Source of the DNA: a virus
Taxonomy: Duplodnaviria > Caudoviricetes
DNA length: 52,643 nt
IMG/VR virus record: IMGVR_UViG_3300023116_000065
Span: 1 to 52,643 of that record
Reading direction: 5' to 3' (one strand)
Position 1 is the first letter of the stretch. Each line of letters opens with the position of its first letter. This document shows, piece after piece, positions 45,701 through 52,643 of this stretch. The notes under the pieces are model-generated. The model did no database searches, was not told the DNA's origin, and saw only the letters and a list, made by a program, of their open reading frames with translations. The position numbers were made by a program, and so were the translations under genes.

Positions 45701-47043
45701 CTACAGGTGATCTACCAAACGCAACCAATTATCATGGCATGTTTGCCCATGTTCATGGTACTGGTAAAGGATATTTTGCTCATGCTGGAAACTGGGTTGA
45801 ACTTCTTGATACTGGATCTAGTATTGATAAACTTTCGGATGTTGATACATCCACTGTTGCACCAACAGATGGACAGGTTCTCGTTTGGGATAATACAAAT
45901 AGTAAGTGGGAACCAGGTACAGTCGCTGCAGCAAGCAGTGGTATTACCGTCAAGCAGGTCCAAGGTAGTGGTGGAACTGTAGATGTTACTGCTACAAGTA
46001 TCACTGAACTTCAGTTTGACAAAAACACAGGTTTCAACGTTACAGATTTAGGTAGTGGTGTTGCTTTTGTTGACTTTGGTAGTGCATTCAAAACTTGGTA
46101 TGTTTCTGGACAAACTACTCTGGTTGCATCTGGTGAGGACGAGATTGAACTGATCGCTGGTACAGGAATTACTCTTACTACTACAACTACACATACTGGA
46201 TCAGCAACCAAAGCAATTACCATCGCCGCATCAGGTGGTGGTGGAGGTGGTAGTATCAGTGATGGAGACAAAGGGGACATCACCGTCTCTAATAGTGGCG
46301 CAACCTGGTCTATTGATGCTGGTGTTGTTGGTTCAACTGAACTGGATAACACAGGCGTAACTGCTGGATCATACACCAACGCAGACATCACCGTAGACGC
46401 TCAGGGTAGAATTACCGCAGCATCTAATGGTACTGGTGGTGGCGGTGGAAGTGCTACTGCAATTGAAGATGGTGATTTTACTACGAATGGTTTAATGAAG
46501 CGCACTGGCGCTGGAACCTATACGTCGATTACTGATAACTCTTCTAACTGGAATAATGCATACAGTTGGGGAGATCATAGTACTGCGGGTTATATAACTA
46601 CATATACAGTTCAAGCATCTGATCTCAATGGAATTTCAATTGATGCACTATCAGATGTAGACACTACAACAACTGCACCGTCTTCAGGAGATGTACTGAA
46701 ATGGGATGGTAGTAAGTGGGCTCCAGGAACAGATAATTCGGGTTCGGGTGGAGTTTCTAGTGAAACAGATCCAGTATTTACTGCTTCTCCAGCGTATGCA
46801 ATTACATCAACAAATACGACAAACTGGAATACTGCATATAACTGGGGAGATCACTCTCAGGCTGGATATTTGACTAGTGTTCCTAATGCATCTTCTACCA
46901 CATACGGTAAAGTAAAAATTGACAATGTGTCAATTCAGATTAATGCCAGTGGGCAAATTTTTGCTACTGGTGTAACTGGTGGTACTGCAAACTTAGGAGT
47001 CAGCGATTCAACTGCAATCGCATACGCTATCGCACTATCCTGA
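42724..47043 (+). CDS. Tail fibre protein with VTTAKIAD repeats (1439 aa)
   Basis: Decapeptide shaft repeats, VERGT, WGDHS repeats, LSDVD...W...KW repeats, GSYTNADITVDAQGRITAASNG. Confidence 0.85.
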   Translation: MPFIGYGLDTNTLDLSEEILSASGNSSETLSRSIGSDIEVLVYVADNLLHTDQYSITGSLRNEITFDGGFTPTAGDEIIIRYLGKSVGATIIGVANFHGRSGQVTLISQDLADKVNTAAIQDDAVTSAKITSSSTNDGLRAISGEHIKANSISTSKLVNESVTHDKLATSLLNDVDRAVDTNNIKSDAVTSRVIANDAVTPGKLNLGLSSNTGLGQGDIYFDTGVNRFKGNTNGSNWYELLDTSGGQTISGNLQVDSLTTSGGTILNSGSGTLAADTVDTASIQDTAVTSTKLSHSSSVDGDRAVTTDHIRDAAIHSSKLAANSVTTVKITDANVTTAKIADLNVTTAKIAADAVDSTKLKDSASVDADRAVTTDHIRDLAINTSKITDSAVTAAKIGSNAVTEVKISNLNVTTAKLADGAVTTVKINDANVTTAKIADANVTTAKIADANVTTTKIADLGVTEAKINTAAVTSGKLATDAVTTVKITDLNVTTAKIADANVTTAKIADDAVTNAKIGLSAVGTTEIADASVTTAKIADDNITTAKIADANVTTAKIADLNITTGKIADLGVTEGKIAGSAVTTGKIADANVTTAKILDANVTTAKIADSNVTTAKIADANVTTVKIADLNVTTGKLADDAVTGAKIADDSIDSEHYVDGSIDTAHIADVAVTTAKIADSAITAIKLDNDSVNPKKLSLGLTNSSHSMVANLTDEGDIYFDQSTDRVNVYNGSAWRQLLDTHGNQTITNDLTISGDLTVTGTTTYSNTTNLSTDAAFITLNTDVTAAPSEDAYLEVERGTSTNVRIQWNETSDKWEFTNDGSTYYDLPVQVSDLSNDAGYLTAETSHADVVVDGDFTANGLLKRTGAGAYTSVTDNSSNWDTAYGWGDHSTAGYLTSETSHADVVVDGDFATAGLMTTDGSGTYTVTTNNSSNWDTAYGWGDHSTEGYLTAEADTFATVTGRGATTTTAITINNTGDAITTTGKILYSNMYATTGDLPNATNYHGMFAHVHGTGKGYFAHAGNWVELLDTGSSIDKLSDVDTSTVAPTDGQVLVWDNTNSKWEPGTVAAASSGITVKQVQGSGGTVDVTATSITELQFDKNTGFNVTDLGSGVAFVDFGSAFKTWYVSGQTTLVASGEDEIELIAGTGITLTTTTTHTGSATKAITIAASGGGGGGSISDGDKGDITVSNSGATWSIDAGVVGSTELDNTGVTAGSYTNADITVDAQGRITAASNGTGGGGGSATAIEDGDFTTNGLMKRTGAGTYTSITDNSSNWNNAYSWGDHSTAGYITTYTVQASDLNGISIDALSDVDTTTTAPSSGDVLKWDGSKWAPGTDNSGSGGVSSETDPVFTASPAYAITSTNTTNWNTAYNWGDHSQAGYLTSVPNASSTTYGKVKIDNVSIQINASGQIFATGVTGGTANLGVSDSTAIAYAIALS
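43690..44790 (+). repeat. 30-bp-period coding tandem repeat (NVTTAKIADA)
   Basis: Roughly 35 degenerate units of the type aatgtaaccaccgctaagattgc(t/c/a)gat. Confidence 0.9.
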
Positions 47044-47049
47044 TAAATA
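47043..47049 (+). promoter_or_regulatory. Late-promoter-like ATAAATA
   Basis: Lies 30 nt upstream of ATG 47080. Confidence 0.6.
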
Positions 47050-47079
47050 TAAAAAAGGTATCTCAGCATTTTATAGAAA

Positions 47080-50000
47080 ATGGCAAAGAAGTTAATTTAT
47101 AACTACGAATTTACTCCTGGCGGCGCAAATGCTGGAGTAATCAAGTTTAAGGGGAGACATCCACAGAGAACCTTGCTTCTGGTTACTAACGTTACTAGAA
47201 GCACCATTATCTATAACTTTGCGGGTGCTGGTTTTGGTGGAACCGTAACTTATGATGCAGCAAATGACGAATCCACTCTAACACTAGAAACAGATACATC
47301 TGCACAAAATAGTGCTGATGAATTACAGATCTTCCTTGATATCAGAGAAGATAAGGTTGATTTTTCAGAGACATTTACAGACCCAGTAAGTAAACTCAGA
47401 GTTTCCAATCCACAAAACCTGATTGATACTGACTTTGAGTATGGTCTCCAACCAACTAAATGGGAAACAGTTGAGTTAGTTAATAATATCCCATCATTCT
47501 TTGCAGCTAATGATTCGTATTCTATTGGTGATGTAGTTGCTGTAAACACTAGTTCTGGTTCTAAGTCAATTACAGTGATTACTCAAGAACCACATGGTCT
47601 ACAAGTTGGATCACCATTTGAAATTCAAGGTCTTTCTCAAAGAACTGCAGAAGGAAAATATCTAGTAACCTCAGTAGAAAGTACCACGGTATTTTCATAT
47701 AATGCCAAGAAAAAACAAACAGCCACTTCAGATGTCAGTGGTAGTTACACAGTTGTAACTCCAGGTCAATTCTATGAATCCGCAGATATCGCTACTTCTG
47801 GTGGTGTTGATACAAATGAAGCAACAAAATCTTCTCTATCAGTTACCACAGATTATACTCATGGATTTGAAACTGGGTCCTCTTTATATTTGACAAATAC
47901 ATATGGTAACGAGGCATATGTTGTCGATACTGGATCTGCAACTGCTGGAGATGGTAGACCTTTTATTGATTATGATCAAACTGTAACTACAACTATTGAT
48001 CTTGACGAATCAAAAATCGTTACACGACAGATGAATTCGATGTATTTTTATGAGTTTCAATCTTCCGATGTAGACGTAGCAAATAATACTATTACTTGGA
48101 ACAATCATAGTCTAAGAGCTGGTGATTGTTTGTTATATTTGAGCTCACCATATGATACTGCTATTGGTGGGTTACAAAGACAGCAAATTTACTATGTAAA
48201 AACTGCAACTACAAACACAATTACTTTATGTGAAACTACAAACGGAGCATTTACTACAAATTCTACTATCAATTTCAGTAGTGTTGGATCATATGATTAT
48301 GGACCACACTCTTTACATCTAGCATATGAAATTAGGAATCTAAACAAAAGTAGTTATAACTACTATCACTATGCAAAAACCAGATATCAGAGTGATGGTG
48401 TAGGTTCTGGATGGGATCTTGCATCTGGAATGAATAATAGTAGAGGACTAGGAGGTGCCGAGTTCTCCCCTAACTATACTGCATGGGTTGATAAAAAATC
48501 TACTGCAGGTAGTTTATATAGTTGGCATTCTGCTGGTTATGCATATGCAACCTATAATAATCCTGATTTTAGTATGGGCAAAACCAGCGTTGGTATTGTG
48601 AATGATAGTGAATTTATGGAAGGTTTCGATAGATATCGTTCATACTCTACTGCTTATTCACCAAATCGTTGGTTTACCAGCACAATAAGATGGTATAACG
48701 CAGGTACAAATTATTATAGTTACGTTAATAGAAACGTTGACGTAGGTACATTATTTGCTGTTTTCCTAAGAGTAAATACAGAATCTGAAACGTACTTCAA
48801 GCAAAATCATGGACTAGAAACTGGCGATACAGTTACTTATAGTGTGCAATCGGGTCAACCATTAGAATATCTCATTAGAACAAGCAATAACTATACTGTT
48901 GACGGAACATTACAGTCAGTTACCAGTGGAACTTCAGGCACAGTAACTAAAGTTGATGATAATAGATTCAAGATTGAGCTTGTAGCTCAACCTACTGGAT
49001 ATGGGGCAATTGCAAGAATGATCCACGTTCGTGGTCAGTATCAACTTACAGGTACTTTCAACAACAACGCTGCAAATTCAATTTATGTTGGATCTAATAA
49101 TCTAAATGAGAATCAAAAACTAACAGTTACTAGTATTGGAGGATTCCCGACAACCCAGACTGGAGTTTTGCAACCAACTATTAATACAATTACCAGTGTA
49201 TATAATGCAATAGAAACCTGGTGTGATGGGCAAGTTACTTCTAATGGAACTGATGCAGGAAAAATAGTTTATACTGGTTCAAATTTTTACAATCCAATCT
49301 CAAATAATCGGGTATTTATTACTGACTATGGTTACCAACAACTCTACCTGACTTGGTGGAGATATTCATACTCAAGATTTTATAGAAACTTTAACAACTA
49401 CTATATCGGACAGTGGAACCATGGTCATGGACCATTCCCTGCCGCAACCAATTCAGGTGTTCCAGCTGATTACCATAGTAATATAACCTTATTGCGTGAT
49501 CGAGGATTTTACTATTTGACTACTCCATATACGTATAATACTACTACAGATTATGTAATTGGTATTGCTCAAGTTCCAGATGCAACTTGGTGGTATAATG
49601 CAACTTCGATGCAATTGTATTCGCAATTGTATTCATACCAGTATTCAAATAGTACTAAGTACTCATACCTTACAAGTAATGGACCTTATTCTGTATGGAA
49701 AACAAAAGCAAATGGGTGGAGATATTCGTATAAGTACCATTATTCGCTTCCAACTGTAAATGATCAAGGTTTGATGGGTATCTCAGTTTGTCTAGAAAAT
49801 ACAAACTGGACTATGCAAGCAGATGATCAAAATAGAATACATTACATGGGAGATACTTCAAGTAGCCAACCCTTTGGTGATTTTGATAATTATCTTAGTG
49901 GTCAAAGATATCATATTCACCTTATGATACCACAGAAGAGAAATACTTCTGCCATTTATGCTACTAACCAGGTTGACGCTGAAGCACTAGTTGATTCAGC

Positions 50001-52643
50001 AGTAACAGCTGTTACTACAGGACTATCATATCCTGCATTTACTAGCCCATCTACAACTGCTTATGCAAATAAAATTGATAATAATAGAATTAAACTTTTA
50101 GGACTTCCTGATGGAGAATTCTTTAGGCTTACTAGTAGTGGATCAGACCTAACGCTATCTACAGAACTAAAACGAGGTGGTGTTGATGGTGAATATGTAA
50201 TCACTCACAGTTCAAGTGAAGAATTTAGGAGTATTACATCTTATAAAATTAATGGGCGAGATCTTTCCGTAACATTTAGTAATGTTACAAATTCACAATT
50301 CAATTCTACAAATCACAAACTACTGAATGGAACCAGAGTAACATATACTGAGAGTGGCGGGACTATTTCTGAACTCACATCTGGTGATGAATATTACGTA
50401 ATTGTAACTGGTCCAGATAGCTTCCAACTGGCATCTACATACCAGTCGGCAGAGAATGAACAACCAATTACATTGACTACTCCCACTTCAGGTACTTTTA
50501 CATTTGCAGTCAAAAACGTTACTGCAAGACAAGAGGCTGACGGAACTGTTACTTTAGAAGCGAACGAAAGAAGGGTAACAGGTACAGATACAGTATTTAC
50601 TCAATATTTCAAACCAGGTGATCGATTTGTTGTCAAAAATCCTGCAACAACTCCAGCAACTTTTGATGAATATACTGTTTCAGTTGTTACCGATGACGCA
50701 GAATTATATCTTCAGGAATCTCCTGGCGGCGCACTGACAAATACAAAATATTATATTGATACGAAAGTATATGTAAAACCTGATGGGTCTAGTCAGCATA
50801 GACCATTTGATGGTGGTGTTGAGATCAATGCTGGTTCTTCACCAAACAGTTCTATTGTTAGACAAACACGTAAATATTTCCGTTATCAGTCTGGTAAAGG
50901 TATTCAGTGCTCACTGGCAATTAATTTCAACCCATCACGATTGATTGATACAATTACTGGTGTGGCAAATTCAACTTTACCATCTAAAACCTCAGAAGTT
51001 ATTATTACCAATATACAAAGTTTCTCATACAATTCTTTTGGTGAAGATAGAACTGGTACTGTTATTGGTGATAATAAAACTATTACTGTTCTCAAGGGGG
51101 ATACATTAAGACTGACAGTATCTGCATCTGGGCATCCAACCTATATTCAAAGCAGTGCAAGAACTAGTGGTTCTGGTCAAACTAATGTCGTCACGACTGG
51201 GGTCTCAAATAACGGCACTGATGATGGAATTATTATTTGGGATACAACAAACATAACTCCAGGAACATATTACTACCAGTGCTCTAACCACCATACCATG
51301 GTTGGTCAAATCATAGTTGATTCTGCCCCAACAGCAACTTCTTTGGTTACCGTCACAACAGCAGAACCACATGGATTGACCAGAGGAAATACTGTTAAGA
51401 TTTCTGGTTCTTCTGATACGGAATATAATGGAACGTTTACTGTTGTTGATTCTGAGGACTTTAGTTTCATCTATGAATGTGTAGATGGTGGCGTAGCAAG
51501 AGCATTTACTACTGGTACTCCTTCTGGGCTTATCAATTATAATCCTGGAAATTATTCAAATACAGCAATCAGATGTGGGTTATTTGATTATCAAAATGGT
51601 TTCTTCTTCGAATATAATGGAACTGATCTGTATGCAGTAAGAAGATCATCAGTCCAACAAATTTCTGGGAGATCTAGCGTCACTTCTGGATCTAATATTG
51701 TAACAGGAACAAATACTGCATATAGTAGACAACTGTCTGATGGGGACATGATTGTTATTAGAGGATCATCTTATAGAATTACTGCTGTTGAAAACGATAC
51801 CTCTTTACATATCCAACCAGCATATAAAGGTATCAATTCTACAGATGCTGTAGTTACTAAAACTATTGACACTAAAGTTCCTCAATCAAATTGGAATATT
51901 GATAAAGCAGATGGAACTGGTCCATCTGGGTTTGATATTGATATCACCAAGATTCAAATGGCATATCTAGATTACTCTTGGTATGGTGCAGGTAAGATTC
52001 GCTTTGGATTCAAAGACACTCATGGACATGTCAAGTATATGCATGAGTTTATTCATAATAACCAGTTAGATGAAGCATACATGAGATCTGGTAACATTCC
52101 AGGTAGATATGAAATTGAAAATACTGGTGGCGAAGTTGGATATATCCCAGCACTGTTCCACTGGGGTACTTCAGTTATGATGGACGGTGGATTTGACGAT
52201 GATAAAGCGTATCTATTTACTGCAGCATCAAATGATCTGACTTTTACTAACGGGGACTCTGCTTCGATTAGTACCGTTGCAAATTCTTCACTAATCTATA
52301 ACTATAACTATGGACAGAGAAGATTCTATTGGTATGCCAAGATTCCATTTGCTACAACAGATGCTGGTAGTTTCTCTACTGGAGTTGAATTGTATACTGC
52401 AGGTGGAGAGTTGAATGGAGAAAAGGTCGATTACACAGATTATGCAGATGGAAACTTCAACGTTTATATCTATGTCAGCGACACAAGAAGATACACACCA
52501 CCAGCAATTTACCCTAGCGTGTCTAGCGGAACTGCGGTTAGCATTGGTGCTCCTGCAAGTGGTTCAACAGATACTGTTGACTTGACTCAAGATATTCCAT
52601 TAATTAGTATTCGTCTTGCACCATCAGTTGATAACAACCTGAC
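47080..52643 (+). CDS. Large virion structural protein, 3'-truncated by the window edge (>1850 aa); absent from the ORF track
   Basis: MAKKLIYNYEFTPG...DPVSKLRVSNPQNLIDTDFEYGLQPTKWE...RQTRKYFRYQSGKGIQ...DYSWYGAGKIRFG. The frame was open in every line I translated. Confidence 0.88.
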   Translation, partial: MAKKLIYNYEFTPGGANAGVIKFKGRHPQRTLLLVTNVTRSTIIYNFAGAGFGGTVTYDAANDESTLTLETDTSAQNSADELQIFLDIREDKVDFSETFTDPVSKLRVSNPQNLIDTDFEYGLQPTKWETVELVNNIPSFFAANDSYSIGDVVAVNTSSGSKSITVITQEPHGLQVGSPFEIQGLSQRTAEGKYLVTSVESTTVFSYNAKKKQTATSDVSGSYTVVTPGQFYESADIATSGGVDTNEATKSSLSVTTDYTHGFETGSSLYLTNTYGNEAYVVDTGSATAGDGRPFIDYDQTVTTTIDLDESKIVTRQMNSMYFYEFQSSDVDVANNTITWNNHSLRAGDCLLYLSSPYDTAIGGLQRQQIYYVKTATTNTITLCETTNGAFTTNSTINFSSVGSYDYGPHSLHLAYEIRNLNKSSYNYYHYAKTRYQSDGVGSGWDLASGMNNSRGLGGAEFSPNYTAWVDKKSTAGSLYSWHSAGYAYATYNNPDFSMGKTSVGIVNDSEFMEGFDRYRSYSTAYSPNRWFTSTIRWYNAGTNYYSYVNRNVDVGTLFAVFLRVNTESETYFKQNHGLETGDTVTYSVQSGQPLEYLIRTSNNYTVDGTLQSVTSGTSGTVTKVDDNRFKIELVAQPTGYGAIARMIHVRGQYQLTGTFNNNAANSIYVGSNNLNENQKLTVTSIGGFPTTQTGVLQPTINTITSVYNAIETWCDGQVTSNGTDAGKIVYTGSNFYNPISNNRVFITDYGYQQLYLTWWRYSYSRFYRNFNNYYIGQWNHGHGPFPAATNSGVPADYHSNITLLRDRGFYYLTTPYTYNTTTDYVIGIAQVPDATWWYNATSMQLYSQLYSYQYSNSTKYSYLTSNGPYSVWKTKANGWRYSYKYHYSLPTVNDQGLMGISVCLENTNWTMQADDQNRIHYMGDTSSSQPFGDFDNYLSGQRYHIHLMIPQKRNTSAIYATNQVDAEALVDSAVTAVTTGLSYPAFTSPSTTAYANKIDNNRIKLLGLPDGEFFRLTSSGSDLTLSTELKRGGVDGEYVITHSSSEEFRSITSYKINGRDLSVTFSNVTNSQFNSTNHKLLNGTRVTYTESGGTISELTSGDEYYVIVTGPDSFQLASTYQSAENEQPITLTTPTSGTFTFAVKNVTARQEADGTVTLEANERRVTGTDTVFTQYFKPGDRFVVKNPATTPATFDEYTVSVVTDDAELYLQESPGGALTNTKYYIDTKVYVKPDGSSQHRPFDGGVEINAGSSPNSSIVRQTRKYFRYQSGKGIQCSLAINFNPSRLIDTITGVANSTLPSKTSEVIITNIQSFSYNSFGEDRTGTVIGDNKTITVLKGDTLRLTVSASGHPTYIQSSARTSGSGQTNVVTTGVSNNGTDDGIIIWDTTNITPGTYYYQCSNHHTMVGQIIVDSAPTATSLVTVTTAEPHGLTRGNTVKISGSSDTEYNGTFTVVDSEDFSFIYECVDGGVARAFTTGTPSGLINYNPGNYSNTAIRCGLFDYQNGFFFEYNGTDLYAVRRSSVQQISGRSSVTSGSNIVTGTNTAYSRQLSDGDMIVIRGSSYRITAVENDTSLHIQPAYKGINSTDAVVTKTIDTKVPQSNWNIDKADGTGPSGFDIDITKIQMAYLDYSWYGAGKIRFGFKDTHGHVKYMHEFIHNNQLDEAYMRSGNIPGRYEIENTGGEVGYIPALFHWGTSVMMDGGFDDDKAYLFTAASNDLTFTNGDSASISTVANSSLIYNYNYGQRRFYWYAKIPFATTDAGSFSTGVELYTAGGELNGEKVDYTDYADGNFNVYIYVSDTRRYTPPAIYPSVSSGTAVSIGAPASGSTDTVDLTQDIPLISIRLAPSVDNNL

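Noticed and set aside
45230-46600. DGR template/variable repeat pair
   Set aside because: The repeats are in-frame protein modules that differ at all base types, not only at adenines, and no reverse transcriptase is present.
9093-51095. Numerous 60-155 aa ORFs nested in the large structural genes
   Set aside because: Off-frame or antisense by-products of biased codon use; no initiation signals or recognisable motifs.
1-52643. tRNA or rRNA genes
   Set aside because: No cloverleaf or T-loop signature seen in the few intergenic gaps; tRNAscan-SE would be needed to exclude them formally.

Overview
This window is part of a T4-like (Kyanoviridae-type) cyanomyophage genome, and every supportable gene is on the + strand. 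(1) 1-640 is a non-coding control region: back-to-back sigma70-type promoters, about 19 CTAG-core repeats, interleaved long inverted repeats, and TTTTCCACA (cyanobacterial DnaA-box-like) sites. It is a candidate replication origin. (2) 640-3400 is a cluster of short, partly GC-rich early-type ORFs. Most have their own promoter, four are preceded by a palindromic operator at fixed spacing, and the cluster ends in a PD-(D/E)xK nuclease and a terminator. (3) 3600-52643 is an AT-rich late structural module: PAAR, an Ig/Gly-rich protein, gp25, gp6, a 4009-aa gp7, gp8, a VrlC-like protein, a 2867-aa subtilisin-family protease fused to cupredoxin, YHYH and Ig modules, a repeat-rich tail fibre, and a >1850-aa virion protein that runs off the window end and is missing from the ORF track. 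All assignments come from motif reading and gene order by eye; no database search was run.
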